Source: Balneola sp.
Lineage (GTDB): Bacteria; Bacteroidota; Rhodothermia; Balneolales; Balneolaceae
Assembly: GCA_965267385.1 (NCBI GenBank)
Contig: OZ253957.1
Span: forward strand, 65,186 to 129,185
DNA length: 64,000 bases
Direction: 5' to 3'
The notes under the pieces were generated by a model. That model was not told where the DNA came from and searched no databases. It was given only the letters and a program-made list of their open reading frames with translations. Shown one piece after another: positions 37,037 to 46,585 of this stretch (positions are counted from its first letter, which is position 1; every line of letters starts with the position of its first letter). The translations under genes were made by a program, and so were the position numbers.

Positions 37037-38137
37037 TTAGTCGTTAGGAAACAGAGATGCATCAATATCCGGCAAGATCTTCAATGCATTTTTGTAGTAC
37101 AGCTTCTTTAACACCTCGTCCGGTAAATTCAATCCATACATTTTCCAGAAAGCATGCCGCCTTCTGAAATAGTCAAAATACTCGTCGTCGCTTTCCAAAA
37201 CCCTGAAATAGGTATGATACTCATGCGGGCGGTAGGTGTCTTTACCGAAGAGGAGGCGGTCCTGATATTTGATGAAGAATTCCCGCGCAAAGCGGGGCTG
37301 TCGTCCGAGTTCCGCAATGATGGCTGCGGTTTCCGTATATACATTCGGAAACTCGTCCAGATGTTTGCCCAGTCGTTCCAGGTCGTTGGCCATCCATCCA
37401 AAGTGGGCATTGATAAAGGTGGTTTCCGGATGCTTGCGGAACACATTCCACTGCTCGTTCATCACCACTTCCCAGCTGGGGTAACGGGTGGTATCTCCCC
37501 GGTGCCGTTCAGGGCGCTGCTTCATTTCGAGCCAGCGTTCGTTCTTTTCGTCAACGGGGTCCCAGAAAACGGCAGGTTCCCCGGTGTGGATCAGGACGGG
37601 CATGCCCAGTTCGCCGGCCTTGGCCCAGACGGGATCGATTCTCGGGTCGTCAGTCTGCACCCGCTTACCCTCCGAGTCCAGAACGGTGAGTCCCAGGTTC
37701 TTGAAGATCTTCACGCCGCGGGCTCCGTTATTGTAATCCTCTTCCAGCTGGCGGACGGCGTTTTCGGTCCAGCCGGGTTCATCGATCCCTTCAAAATCAA
37801 TATTGGCAAATACGATAAACCGGCCAGGCGCCTGTTTTCTGGCAGCATCCACCATGACTTTGAGCTGTTCACCCGAACGGCCGCTCAGGTTTACCAGCAC
37901 CTTCATATTCAGGCTGTCCATTTCGCGGGCGGTTTGCCGCAGGTCCATGGACGCCATACGCCACAGATGGCTGTGTATATCCACAAAGGGAAATTTAGCG
38001 CGGGTGATCTCTTCGCCCGGTACCACCAGCGTTGATACGGGATCATACTCTTCAAAAGTCATGGTTGTGTCAAACTGCTGGGCAGAGGCCACAGGAGAGA
38101 AGAGTAGTAACAGGACAGGGGCGAATAATTTTTTCAT
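37037..38137 (-). CDS. amidohydrolase-family protein (secreted)
   Basis: VDIHSHLW metal motif near the N-terminus, plus ...LIHTGEP.... The antisense ORF 37154..38035 is a shadow. Confidence 0.7.
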   Translation of the reverse strand: MKKLFAPVLLLLFSPVASAQQFDTTMTFEEYDPVSTLVVPGEEITRAKFPFVDIHSHLWRMASMDLRQTAREMDSLNMKVLVNLSGRSGEQLKVMVDAARKQAPGRFIVFANIDFEGIDEPGWTENAVRQLEEDYNNGARGVKIFKNLGLTVLDSEGKRVQTDDPRIDPVWAKAGELGMPVLIHTGEPAVFWDPVDEKNERWLEMKQRPERHRGDTTRYPSWEVVMNEQWNVFRKHPETTFINAHFGWMANDLERLGKHLDEFPNVYTETAAIIAELGRQPRFAREFFIKYQDRLLFGKDTYRPHEYHTYFRVLESDDEYFDYFRRRHAFWKMYGLNLPDEVLKKLYYKNALKILPDIDASLFPND

Positions 38138-38188
38138 GACCGAACATACACAAGCTGCATCAAATGGTCTATGAAAATATGTAACGCA

Positions 38189-38222
38189 TAAAAAAGCCCT
38201 GTGCCGTTATACGCGCAGGGCT
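38189..38222 (-). terminator. rho-independent terminator after msrA
   Basis: On the minus strand, AGCCCTG-N13-CAGGGCT followed by T6. Confidence 0.55.
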
Positions 38223-38228
38223 CAGCAT

Positions 38229-38849
38229 TCAGTTGGAGGAATCTTTGAGCAGGTGCTTATACTCTTTTTTGAATTTCGCCACTTTAGGGGCGATCACATA
38301 AGCGCAGTAGCCGGCATTGGGGTTGTTTTCAAAGTAATTCTGGTGGTAGTTCTCCGCCACGTAATAATTGGTCAGAGGCTCAATGGCGGTTACGATGGGG
38401 TCGTCCCACAGTCCCGAGGCTTCAGTTTTTCTGAGGGAAGCCTCTGCTATACGCTTTTGCTCTTCATTGTGATAGAAGATCACGGAGCGGTACATCGGTC
38501 CCACGTCATTACCCTGGCGGTTCAGGGTGGTGGGATCGTGGGTGTGCCAGAATACTTCCAGCAACTCCTCATAGCTGATCACATCCGGGTCAAAATGGAC
38601 GCGGGCCACTTCCGCATGCCCGGTTTTGCCGGTGGTCACTTCCCTGTAGGAGGGATTTTCCACATGCCCGCCCGAATAGCCGGACTCCACATGAGTTACC
38701 CCTTCAATGAGTTCGTAAATGGCTTCCACGCACCAGAAACATCCGGCACCGAAGGTGGCTTCTTCTGTCTTCTTGTTCATATTCTGAGCTAAAACTATGG
38801 GTGATGTAAGACTGAGGAACAGTCCCGTTATAAGAATTTTTTTAAACAT
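38229..38849 (-). CDS. msrA: peptide-methionine (S)-S-oxide reductase
   Basis: GAGCFWCVEA active-site motif, with a signal peptide. Confidence 0.9.
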   Translation of the reverse strand: MFKKILITGLFLSLTSPIVLAQNMNKKTEEATFGAGCFWCVEAIYELIEGVTHVESGYSGGHVENPSYREVTTGKTGHAEVARVHFDPDVISYEELLEVFWHTHDPTTLNRQGNDVGPMYRSVIFYHNEEQKRIAEASLRKTEASGLWDDPIVTAIEPLTNYYVAENYHQNYFENNPNAGYCAYVIAPKVAKFKKEYKHLLKDSSN

Positions 38850-38903
38850 AGGGATCTTGCAAATCGTTTATCTGGTCATCACAACGTATTTAAGGTTACA
38901 ATC

Positions 38904-39246
38904 ATGCCTTCTTTTATGCAATATTTTGAAGGGCTCCAGCCATGCGATGTGACGCTGGTCTGTAAAAACATACGAAAGAAGGGTTAAAGCAGATTGATTA
39001 CTTCAAGGATGTAGCCACGGAGCAAACCGATGACTTGGGCCGGAAGCTAACTGAGGGAAGCCACTGGCTGTACAAGCAGCTTTCATTTTCGGTTTCTTTG
39101 ATCGAAATGAATTACCACCCGAAAAAACCGTAGATATACCCAATGCAGGCTGGCGCTTTGAACATGAAACCGATCTGCTACACAATGATACATCCTTTGA
39201 CCAACTAGCTACTCAGCTACCATTACAGGTTTATGAACGCCGGTAG
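38904..39246 (+). pseudogene. possible decayed gene (two apparent frameshifts)
   Basis: Three abutting frames read MPSFMQYFEGLQPCDVTLVCKN / HTKEGLKQIDYFKDVATEQTDDLGRKLTEGSHWLYKQL / FIFGFFDRNELPPEKTVDIPNAGWRFEHETDLLHNDTSFDQLATQLPLQVYERR*. No family recognised. Confidence 0.25.
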
Positions 39247-39403
39247 CAGGGAGCAGAGATCGCGGATCGGGGTCCGCGATGAAGGGTGCTTTACTTGCGT
39301 TGCCCGCTGACAAAAACCCGTTCCATTCTACCCTGTTAGGTAATGTTGGGTATTTCAGCTTCCGTGGAAGCGCAGCCGGAACAAAAGTGGACTGAACATG
39401 TGC

Positions 39404-39763
39404 TCAGAATATACTGGCTTCAATCTTCAATGAGCCGGCCGTAGCCTTATACGGACTTAGCCTTACAGTGAAAGGGATGGAGCCGTAGTAATCATGGGTT
39501 TCTGTGAATTCAATGTGTCCTCCCGCGATAGCATGTACGCGGCCTTGAATCGAGATCGTAAGGGAATCATCGATCGGACCGAAAAGAGTCACTCTATAAG
39601 TAGTGTAGGTTTCGTTCTTCTTAGGCTCCAGAATAATCTCATGAGTTTTACTAAAGTCTGTAATAACCCGCTGTTCGGTCACCTCGGTACAGAATCCTGC
39701 TCTGAATAAAAAAGCAAGGAGGGCAAGTAAACTGATTAAGTATAATTTCCTGAACATAACCAA
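39404..39763 (-). CDS. small secreted/lipid-anchored hypothetical protein
   Basis: Signal peptide (LISLLALLAFLFRAGFC) and a beta-rich body. Confidence 0.5.
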   Translation of the reverse strand: MVMFRKLYLISLLALLAFLFRAGFCTEVTEQRVITDFSKTHEIILEPKKNETYTTYRVTLFGPIDDSLTISIQGRVHAIAGGHIEFTETHDYYGSIPFTVRLSPYKATAGSLKIEASIF

Positions 39764-39964
39764 AAGTAACAGATCGGAATAAACAAAAAAACCTGTTCCT
39801 CAAAAGAAACAGGCTTTAGAGATATGTGCTCATGAATGGAGTTCCCGATTCGCTCCCTCATTTCCCTCTGCCGAAGGATCGGCATCGGCGGGACAGGCTT
39901 CTCCTCCGGTATGTAGTGCATAAAAAAACCAGCCTTTGCAATGCAAAAGCTGGTTACATTAATG

Positions 39965-40048
39965 TGCTCACGAATGGAGTCGAACCATCACGGCCGTTAG
40001 GCCACACGCCCCTCAAGCGTGCGCGTCTACCAATTCCGCCACGTGAGC
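39965..40048 (-). tRNA. tRNA-Leu (anticodon GAG), long variable arm
   Basis: Hand fold: acceptor GCTCACG/CGTGAGC, anticodon stem CACGC/GCGTG with loop TTGAGGG, variable arm GGCC-TAAC-GGCC, T-loop GGTTCGACTCC. Confidence 0.9.
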
Positions 40049-40294
40049 ATTGGTGGTAATGTCAATAAAAATGGCATGCTGAACGCAGGCCTGTCCGACC
40101 AATCCCGGATGACTCAGGAGTAGTCGGGAAGGGCGACAAATATAGCGCTTTTATCGTCCAAAATTCAATCCTCGGATACAAAAAACCCCACACATCAGGG
40201 ATGCGCGGGGCAACGCTCGGTACTGTTTGCACAGTGTCGTTCAGGCGTTTGGCGAATGTGCATCAATGACGATGCAACGCCCCGAATAGTTCTG

Positions 40295-40840
40295 TTATTC
40301 TTCTTCCAGCTGGCGCTGTGCGTATTCGTTATCCGGATCGATCTGCAGCGCCTGCTCATAGTACGTACGTGCCTTGTCGGTCTGCCCCCCACGCTTGATC
40401 ATATCACCCATCAGGATCCAGTTCTCGGCATCTCTGGGGTCCTTCTTGATGCGATCGATCAGGTAGGGAATGGCTTCCGACCCACGATCGGTCATCAGCA
40501 TAAGCATCACTTTGTTGCGATGGGCGGAAGAGGCATCGCTCAGTTCAATGGCCCGGTCAAAATCAGCTTCTGCATCTTCAAGTTCTTCTTTCTGCATCAG
40601 TATGTTACCGCGAAGATTATAGTAAGAAGCGTTCTCCGCATCCAGCTCGATCGCCTTTTCGATCTTCTCTTTCGCCAGGTCATACTGGTTCAGCTGCTGC
40701 ATCACCAGGGCTTCCAGATAGTAGGCCTCGTCGGCTTCCTCATTTTCCTGCTGGAGCTCCCGGGCGATATCCAGAGCATGATCAATATCTTTTTCCTGAA
40801 GCAGTTCAAAGCCTTTATTCAGTTTCTCTTCAAAATTCAT
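40295..40840 (-). CDS. tetratricopeptide-repeat protein
   Basis: TPR-like repeats (YYLEALVMQQLNQYDLAKEKIEKAIELD, YYNLRGNILMQKEELEDAEADFDRAIEL). Confidence 0.7.
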   Translation of the reverse strand: MNFEEKLNKGFELLQEKDIDHALDIARELQQENEEADEAYYLEALVMQQLNQYDLAKEKIEKAIELDAENASYYNLRGNILMQKEELEDAEADFDRAIELSDASSAHRNKVMLMLMTDRGSEAIPYLIDRIKKDPRDAENWILMGDMIKRGGQTDKARTYYEQALQIDPDNEYAQRQLEEE

Positions 40841-40842
40841 GG

Positions 40843-41040
40843 TTATGATTCGTTGTCTTTATCGGTTAGATCTTCGTAATCGGCGTCTTCGATGTCATCC
40901 AGATTTCTTCTCCGTGGCCGGTTGCCAAAACCCTGAAAGGGATTGAACTGGCTGTTTCTCTTACGGGAAGGTAAGAACAATCGGTTTAGAAATCTTACCG
41001 CCAGAAACATGACGGCCAGAAAAAATAAAAACTTCAGCAT
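40843..41040 (-). CDS. small membrane-anchored protein (DUF4834-like)
   Basis: One N-terminal TM helix followed by a basic and then an acidic tail. Tightly coupled to the flanking genes. Confidence 0.45.
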   Translation of the reverse strand: MLKFLFFLAVMFLAVRFLNRLFLPSRKRNSQFNPFQGFGNRPRRRNLDDIEDADYEDLTDKDNES

Positions 41041-41044
41041 GGAA

Positions 41045-41686
41045 CTATGGGGCTATGTGCAGGTGCATTTTGTTGTGCAGCGGCATCTCAAAAATTTGTT
41101 CTTCGATGTAGGAAAGATGATTCGCGTTATTAACAAAGTCGATCTCGGTCGCGTTGATGGTGATTAGCGGGGAACGGTCATAATGGTAAAAGAAATGATT
41201 ATAAGCATCGTTCAATTCCTGCAGGTACTCCCGGGTAATATGGCGTTCATACTCACGGCCCCTCTGATTGATGTTCTCCATCAGCCGGTCAACGGAACTC
41301 TGGATGAAAATGATCAGGTCGGGCTGGGGTGCAATGCCGGTCATGATATTGAAGATGCTGTCATACAGTCCCATTTCATCCTGATCCAGATTCAGCCGCG
41401 CAAAGATCCGGTCTTTGTCAAAGATATAATCCGAAATGGTGAGGTCATGAAACAGATCCTTGCTCATCATGTTTTGTTGCTGCTTGAAGCGGCTGGCAAG
41501 GAACGCGAGCTGGGTCTGAAAAGCGTAACGTTCCCGGTCTTCGTAAAATTTGGGAAGAAAGGGGTTGTCTTCAAATTCTTCCAGGACAATGCGGGCGTTT
41601 TTCCGTTCGGCCAGCAGCTTGGCGAGGGAGGTCTTTCCCGCTCCGATCACTCCCTCTATGGCAATAAAATCAAACTGATTTGGCAT
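41045..41686 (-). CDS. deoxynucleoside kinase
   Basis: P-loop IAIEGVIGAGKTSLAKLL plus dNK-like ERS/DR motifs. Confidence 0.8.
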   Translation of the reverse strand: MPNQFDFIAIEGVIGAGKTSLAKLLAERKNARIVLEEFEDNPFLPKFYEDRERYAFQTQLAFLASRFKQQQNMMSKDLFHDLTISDYIFDKDRIFARLNLDQDEMGLYDSIFNIMTGIAPQPDLIIFIQSSVDRLMENINQRGREYERHITREYLQELNDAYNHFFYHYDRSPLITINATEIDFVNNANHLSYIEEQIFEMPLHNKMHLHIAP

Positions 41687-41689
41687 GAA

Positions 41690-42178
41690 CTACCAGTTTA
41701 AACTCGTCTTTGAGATTCTGATTTCCGGTGCCGAGCCGATCATGTCGTCGATATGCTGTGCAGTTTTCGGATCCTGCCAATCGGGAAAAAGCTCCTTTAA
41801 TGGCATTAAAACGAACAATCGCTGATTGTATTCGGCATGTGGAATGATAAGGTTATCTGTTTCAATGACCAAGCCGTTATAGCTGATAATGTCCAGGTCG
41901 AGGGTGCGCGCCGTCCACTTGGGATAGCGGGTGGGGCGTCCCTGCCGGCGCTCCTGTTCTTTGAGTCGCTCAAACAGATGCTGCGGAGAAAGGCGGGTAT
42001 CGATCTGTATCACCGCATTCAGGAAATCTTCCTCACTGGGCCCTACGGCTTCCGACTGATACAGAGCGGAACACCGAAGATTCGCCTCGGAGAGCTCCGA
42101 CAAAAAATCCCTGGCCTGCTTCAGTTGCCGGTAAGGATGCCCGAGGTTGGAGCCAAGCGCAATGGTTACCTTGGCCAT
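41690..42178 (-). CDS. folK: 2-amino-4-hydroxy-6-hydroxymethyldihydropteridine diphosphokinase
   Basis: ALGSNLG..., RWGPRTLDLDI-like (KWTARTLDLDII) and IPHAE. Overlaps folB. Confidence 0.85.
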   Translation of the reverse strand: MAKVTIALGSNLGHPYRQLKQARDFLSELSEANLRCSALYQSEAVGPSEEDFLNAVIQIDTRLSPQHLFERLKEQERRQGRPTRYPKWTARTLDLDIISYNGLVIETDNLIIPHAEYNQRLFVLMPLKELFPDWQDPKTAQHIDDMIGSAPEIRISKTSLNW

Positions 42179-42522
42179 TTCATGGATACTTCGGAGTACT
42201 GCGTGTTCCCCTCCATCGGCGGATTCAGCTTTCGCACCCGAACGGTAAGCTCTTTGGGGTTCAGGCGGGAAAAAACGAGTTCCCCGATCTGATAGGCGAG
42301 GGTTTCAATGAGGTTGACCGGCGGGCCGTCCATAACGCGGGCCACTAAATTCCGGGCTGTAGCGTAATCGAGGGTCTGTTTCAGCTCATCAGACTGCGCG
42401 GCTTCTTTCAGGGAAAGGCCAAAGATCAGGTCTACCTCGAACGGGTTGCCCTGCACTTTTTCTTCATCAAAAACACCATGGCGGGCATGGAAGCTCATCC
42501 CTTTCAGCGTGAGCTCATCCAT
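42166..42522 (-). CDS. folB: dihydroneopterin aldolase
   Basis: FHARHGVFDEEKVQGNPFEVDL and YATARNLV. Confidence 0.85.
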   Translation of the reverse strand: MDELTLKGMSFHARHGVFDEEKVQGNPFEVDLIFGLSLKEAAQSDELKQTLDYATARNLVARVMDGPPVNLIETLAYQIGELVFSRLNPKELTVRVRKLNPPMEGNTQYSEVSMKWPR

Positions 42523-42525
42523 CGT

Positions 42526-44007
42526 CTAAAGGCTGGCTACTTCGATACGCTGCTGGAGTTCTTCGAGCATGCGCTTGTGCTTGGGGCTGGTGCTCATACG
42601 TTCTTCCACAGTGGAAATGGCATGGATCACCGTCGAGTGATCGCGCCCGCCAAAATGAAGTCCGATGGTCTTAAGGCTCGACTTGGTGAATTTCTTGGAG
42701 AAATACATGGCGATCTGCCGGGCTTCCACGATCTCCTGCTTGCGGGTTTTCTCGCGCACCTTGTTGGTGTCGATGCCGAAGTAATCACACACGTAATTCT
42801 GGATTGACTCAATAGAAAGCTGTGTATTGGATTCTTTCACCATATCCTTCAGCACACGCTTGGCCATCGCCAGGTCAATGTCATCGATGTTCTGCAAGGA
42901 GGCGTGTGCCAGCAGCTTGATGATGGCGCCTTCCAGATCCCGTACATTGGATTTAAAATTATGCGCGATGAATTCGATGATCTCAGGATCGATCTCGATA
43001 CCGTTGTCCTGTGCTTTACGCTCCAGGATGGCATAGCGGGTTTCGTATTCCGGCATCTGAAGGTCGGCACTCAGCCCCCATCCGAAGCGGGAAATCAGGC
43101 GCTCCTGAATATCGGGTACGTCTTTGGGCGCACGGTCGCTGCTCAGGATGATCTGCTTGCCGTCCTGGTGCAGGGCGTTGAAAATATGGAAGAACTCTTC
43201 CTGCGTTTTCTCCTTGCCGCTGAAGAACTGGATGTCATCCACCATCAACACGTCGATGTTTCGGTAGAACATGGAGAACTCACTGGCCCGGTTGTTCCGG
43301 ATGGCATGCACAAACTCATTGGTGAAGGCTTCGGAAGAGATATAAAGGACGGACTTCTCTTCTCCGAATTTCTCTTTAATACGGTTGCCGATACTCTGTA
43401 CCAGGTGCGTTTTGCCGAGTCCGGTGGGTCCATAGACAAACAAAGGGTTGAAAGAATTTTTCCCCGGGTTGTCGGCCACGGCCATCGCGGCCGAACGGGC
43501 CAGGCGGTTGCAGTCTCCTTCAATAAAGCGGTCGAACACGTAGGAAGAGTTGAGGTTGGAATCTACTTTGGTCTTGCGGATACCCGGAATCACAAACGGA
43601 TTCTCAATACGCTCCGGGTAATAATCGGGGTAGCCGTTCATTTCCTGAGCCTGAACCGGACCCATGGGCCGCTGCGGAAGACGGATAGACCGGTTGTTCT
43701 CAAACTGCTCTGATTTCTCCATGACTATAGAGTACTCCAATTTACCCTCGGGTCCAAGAACTTTGGCCAAAGTAGAGCGAAGCATGGTATAATAATGTTC
43801 CTCAAGCCACTCATACCAAAACTGGCTGGGAACCTGGATGGTCAACGTGTTATCAGAAAGGCTTACCGGCTTGATCGGTTCAAACCAGGATTTATATTTT
43901 TGGTAGCTGATGTTGTCCTTTATAATGTCTAAGCAATCACTCCACGCAGATTCAGCCGATGTCATAGTCAATTTAATAGTACCTCCAGGTATTTCCACTT
44001 TCCGCAT
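42526..44007 (-). CDS. dnaA: chromosomal replication initiator protein DnaA
   Basis: Walker A GPTGLGKTHL, the sensor/box VII region, and domain IV ...IAMYFSKKFTKSSLKTIGLHFGGRDHSTVIHA. The start may instead be the Met at 43965. Confidence 0.95.
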   Translation of the reverse strand: MRKVEIPGGTIKLTMTSAESAWSDCLDIIKDNISYQKYKSWFEPIKPVSLSDNTLTIQVPSQFWYEWLEEHYYTMLRSTLAKVLGPEGKLEYSIVMEKSEQFENNRSIRLPQRPMGPVQAQEMNGYPDYYPERIENPFVIPGIRKTKVDSNLNSSYVFDRFIEGDCNRLARSAAMAVADNPGKNSFNPLFVYGPTGLGKTHLVQSIGNRIKEKFGEEKSVLYISSEAFTNEFVHAIRNNRASEFSMFYRNIDVLMVDDIQFFSGKEKTQEEFFHIFNALHQDGKQIILSSDRAPKDVPDIQERLISRFGWGLSADLQMPEYETRYAILERKAQDNGIEIDPEIIEFIAHNFKSNVRDLEGAIIKLLAHASLQNIDDIDLAMAKRVLKDMVKESNTQLSIESIQNYVCDYFGIDTNKVREKTRKQEIVEARQIAMYFSKKFTKSSLKTIGLHFGGRDHSTVIHAISTVEERMSTSPKHKRMLEELQQRIEVASL

Positions 44008-44348
44008 CCCATCAGAAAGCCCTAGTTATCCACAGTGATTATGCACTGTTTTTTCGTTTTCCTTGAAAGAAAATGTAGAATTATTTGAGCCAAGTCAAAC
44101 CGAAGAATGAGCGATTTGAAAAAGTTATCCACATTTCTGTAACAGGCTTAATCTGTTGCCAGGCAATGGTTTAAAAAAAACCGGCACTTTTTCCAAAGTT
44201 CCTCTTGACATGCGTTAATTATGCCGTAACAAAGAATTAACGGAAAGTTCCTTGTCTGTGGTGATATCGAAAAAACTTTTCAACAAGTTTTCCACACTAA
44301 AAAAGATGTCCGAAAAAGCGCTTCCACCCACATTTTGGGGAGTCTGCA
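44008..44348. other. putative oriC / DnaA-box region
   Basis: TTATCCACA at 44026-44034 and 44125-44133, and TTTTCCACA at 44288-44296, all in the same orientation. AT-rich stretches lie between them, and the region is immediately upstream of dnaA. Confidence 0.55.
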
Positions 44349-45209
44349 TTAACGATTTATAATGATGAAGCGGTCTTTGTCTGAAAGGTCTTTTTGAAGC
44401 GTGCATTTCCATCCGGATTCTGAGAAGACACGGAGCGTTTCCGGGCCCCGTTCTTCGTGAATTTCGAAGAAGGCTGTACCGTTCTCTCTCAGGTGGCGGG
44501 TACAGAACTCTGAGATCTTTTGATAGATGAATCCGGGCTCTTCACAAAACAAAGCGAGGCCGGGTTCAAAGTCCCGGACCTCCCGGTCGATCGCATCACG
44601 CTCTTCCTCCGGGATGTATGGCGGGTTCGAGACGATCAGGTCAAACTGGTCCAGCTGTGGGTGCTCTTGGGAAGAACAGAAATCATAGTTGAAAAAAAGA
44701 ACCGGGGCCTCATTCAGTTCCGCGTTCCTTCGGGCCAGGCTCAGCGCTTCTTCGGAGATATCAGCGGCAAGGACCTGCCACTCCGGCCGTTCCATTTTTA
44801 ACGCGATGGGGATGCAGCCGGAGCCGGTTCCCAGGTCCAGTACTTTCAGGGGTTGATCTTGCGGTGTGGAGTCAAGGATCAGTTCTACGAGCTGTTCGGT
44901 TTCCTGCCGGGGTATCAGTACGTTTTTATTGACCTCGATCCGGGCGTTATAGAAATCGGTATATCCGGTCAGGTACTGGAGGGGCTCGTGAACGGAGCGG
45001 CGTTTGACCAACGGCCGTAAGGCATCCAGTTCCTCTTTAGACAGTGGCCGGTCGTAGTTGAGGTAAAGGTCTAGGCGCCTGATGCCCAGCACATGAGCCA
45101 GCAGCCATTCAATACTGAGGCGGGGTGAATTGACTTCTTTTTCTTCGAAGAACTCCGTGGCCCATTCCATCATGGACAAGACGGTCCACTCTCCGGGTGG
45201 CTGAGCCAT
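44349..45209 (-). CDS. prmC: release-factor glutamine N5-methyltransferase
   Basis: The SAM motif VLDLGTGSG and the catalytic VSNPPYIP. Confidence 0.85.
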   Translation of the reverse strand: MAQPPGEWTVLSMMEWATEFFEEKEVNSPRLSIEWLLAHVLGIRRLDLYLNYDRPLSKEELDALRPLVKRRSVHEPLQYLTGYTDFYNARIEVNKNVLIPRQETEQLVELILDSTPQDQPLKVLDLGTGSGCIPIALKMERPEWQVLAADISEEALSLARRNAELNEAPVLFFNYDFCSSQEHPQLDQFDLIVSNPPYIPEEERDAIDREVRDFEPGLALFCEEPGFIYQKISEFCTRHLRENGTAFFEIHEERGPETLRVFSESGWKCTLQKDLSDKDRFIIINR

Positions 45210-45218
45210 TGTGCGTCC

Positions 45219-45605
45219 TTACTCTTCTTCTTTCTGATCGGATACCTGTTCTTCCTGAACAGTAAGCCCGTAACGCTTTCCGAAGTCGATGATGAAAGAA
45301 ATGATATTGGCTTCCACATTTCTTTCTTCCGAAAGGGAGCTTCCGCGGAAGCCCATCCGGCCTCCGGTTTTTTTCAGAACGATTTTGTTATGCTGACCTG
45401 TTGTCTCAAATATGCAGGTTAAGGTTACGCTGGAATTGATCTGCTTTTCATACTCTTCGTACACAGCCACATAGATCTTTTCTTTAGCCTCCTCATTCGG
45501 GTAGGTGTAAAGAAATTTGGGCTCGTGTTCTTTAAACATCTTAGCAGACATCCTTTTCAGGGTGGCTGTAGGTCCAAAGATGTAAAAAGTAGTGTGTGAA
45601 TTCAT
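45219..45605 (-). CDS. hypothetical protein
   Basis: 128-aa ORF, 10 nt downstream of prmC on the same strand. Confidence 0.5.
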   Translation of the reverse strand: MNSHTTFYIFGPTATLKRMSAKMFKEHEPKFLYTYPNEEAKEKIYVAVYEEYEKQINSSVTLTCIFETTGQHNKIVLKKTGGRMGFRGSSLSEERNVEANIISFIIDFGKRYGLTVQEEQVSDQKEEE

Positions 45606-45734
45606 GCTTATTAAGCTTATAATTGATTATTCAGGCCGCTTTTGTCAATTTGGTGCTGAAAATAAGAGGTTATTGACTTATAGCAATAAGAAAAAGCGTA
45701 TTTTTTCGTTCACTGTCTGTGAAGTCCTGTTTTA

Positions 45735-46565
45735 ATGAGATTAAATGTATTGGTTATGAAAAAGCTCTCGATTGCCTGCCTGTTGTTACTGTTCGGTTTT
45801 ACAACACAAAACTCGTTCGCTCAATTCGGGGAGCCTGAGCTTCGGAAAAGAGAAGCCCCCAAGAACCTGTACCATGAAGGGTACCGGACGGGCTTCGGTT
45901 TCCATTTCAATATCAGTGATTTCGGAGTAGGCGTGGGAGGTCAGTTCCGGAGAGTGATCAACCCGGGTACGGAGGCCACACTGACGCTTTCTGTAACAGG
46001 GCTCCGGGATCCCAAAGAGCAAACCTATATTGACTATTACTTTGGATTCAAGACCATACCGGACAAATACAAACGGGTGATCGGGATTCCTCTGAAAGTC
46101 GGGCTTAAGAAGAGAATGTTTGCCGAGGAGATATCGGATAACTTCCGTGTGTTTGCAGGTGTGGGCGGAGGCCCGATGCTTGCCTTCTCATTTCCATATT
46201 TCAATGATTCCAACGGAAACGGTTTCAGGGAAAATGACGGCTTCCTGTATGGCCGCGTTGAACAGACCTACGATATCTTTACCGGGTGGACCGGGGCGGA
46301 CACACATTTCGGATGGAATGGTGACATTTCACTGGGGGTGGACTTTGGCGATGACTTCGGCAGTTTACGAAGTATGCAGTTTGGGTATTCGTTCAACTAC
46401 TTTCCGGATGGTATCCAGATCATGCAGCCCAATACGGCAGTCATAGATCAGAACTTCAGACCTGTGTTTGTGGACGGGGTCCTTCAGCTAAGGGATCAGT
46501 ACGACAAAAGAAAGTTCCTGGGTTCCGTCCATCTCAACTTTACCTTCGGCTGGATGTGGAAGTAA
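45735..46565 (+). CDS. outer-membrane beta-barrel-like protein
   Basis: Signal peptide (ACLLLLFGFTTQNSFA), Gly/aromatic-rich beta pattern, C-terminal FTFGWMWK. Confidence 0.55.
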   Translation: MRLNVLVMKKLSIACLLLLFGFTTQNSFAQFGEPELRKREAPKNLYHEGYRTGFGFHFNISDFGVGVGGQFRRVINPGTEATLTLSVTGLRDPKEQTYIDYYFGFKTIPDKYKRVIGIPLKVGLKKRMFAEEISDNFRVFAGVGGGPMLAFSFPYFNDSNGNGFRENDGFLYGRVEQTYDIFTGWTGADTHFGWNGDISLGVDFGDDFGSLRSMQFGYSFNYFPDGIQIMQPNTAVIDQNFRPVFVDGVLQLRDQYDKRKFLGSVHLNFTFGWMWK

Positions 46566-46585
46566 GGCCGGTTCAGCCTGAACGA

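Noticed and set aside
39003-39185. 60-aa minus-strand ORF in the msrA-proximal gap, and 39736..39921 / 39826..40059 around tRNA-Leu
   Set aside because: None has a motif. The first is antisense to the better-looking decayed plus-strand frames. The others overlap the tRNA gene or its duplicated 3' end and terminators.
40137-40144. Bacteroidota-type -7 promoter motif TATATTTG (minus strand) upstream of tRNA-Leu, and a similar TATCTTTT upstream of tRNA-Pro (about 20190)
   Set aside because: The motif matches are short. The first is about 90 nt from the mature tRNA 5' end. I also cannot confirm that this organism uses the TAnnTTTG consensus, so these are not reported as features.
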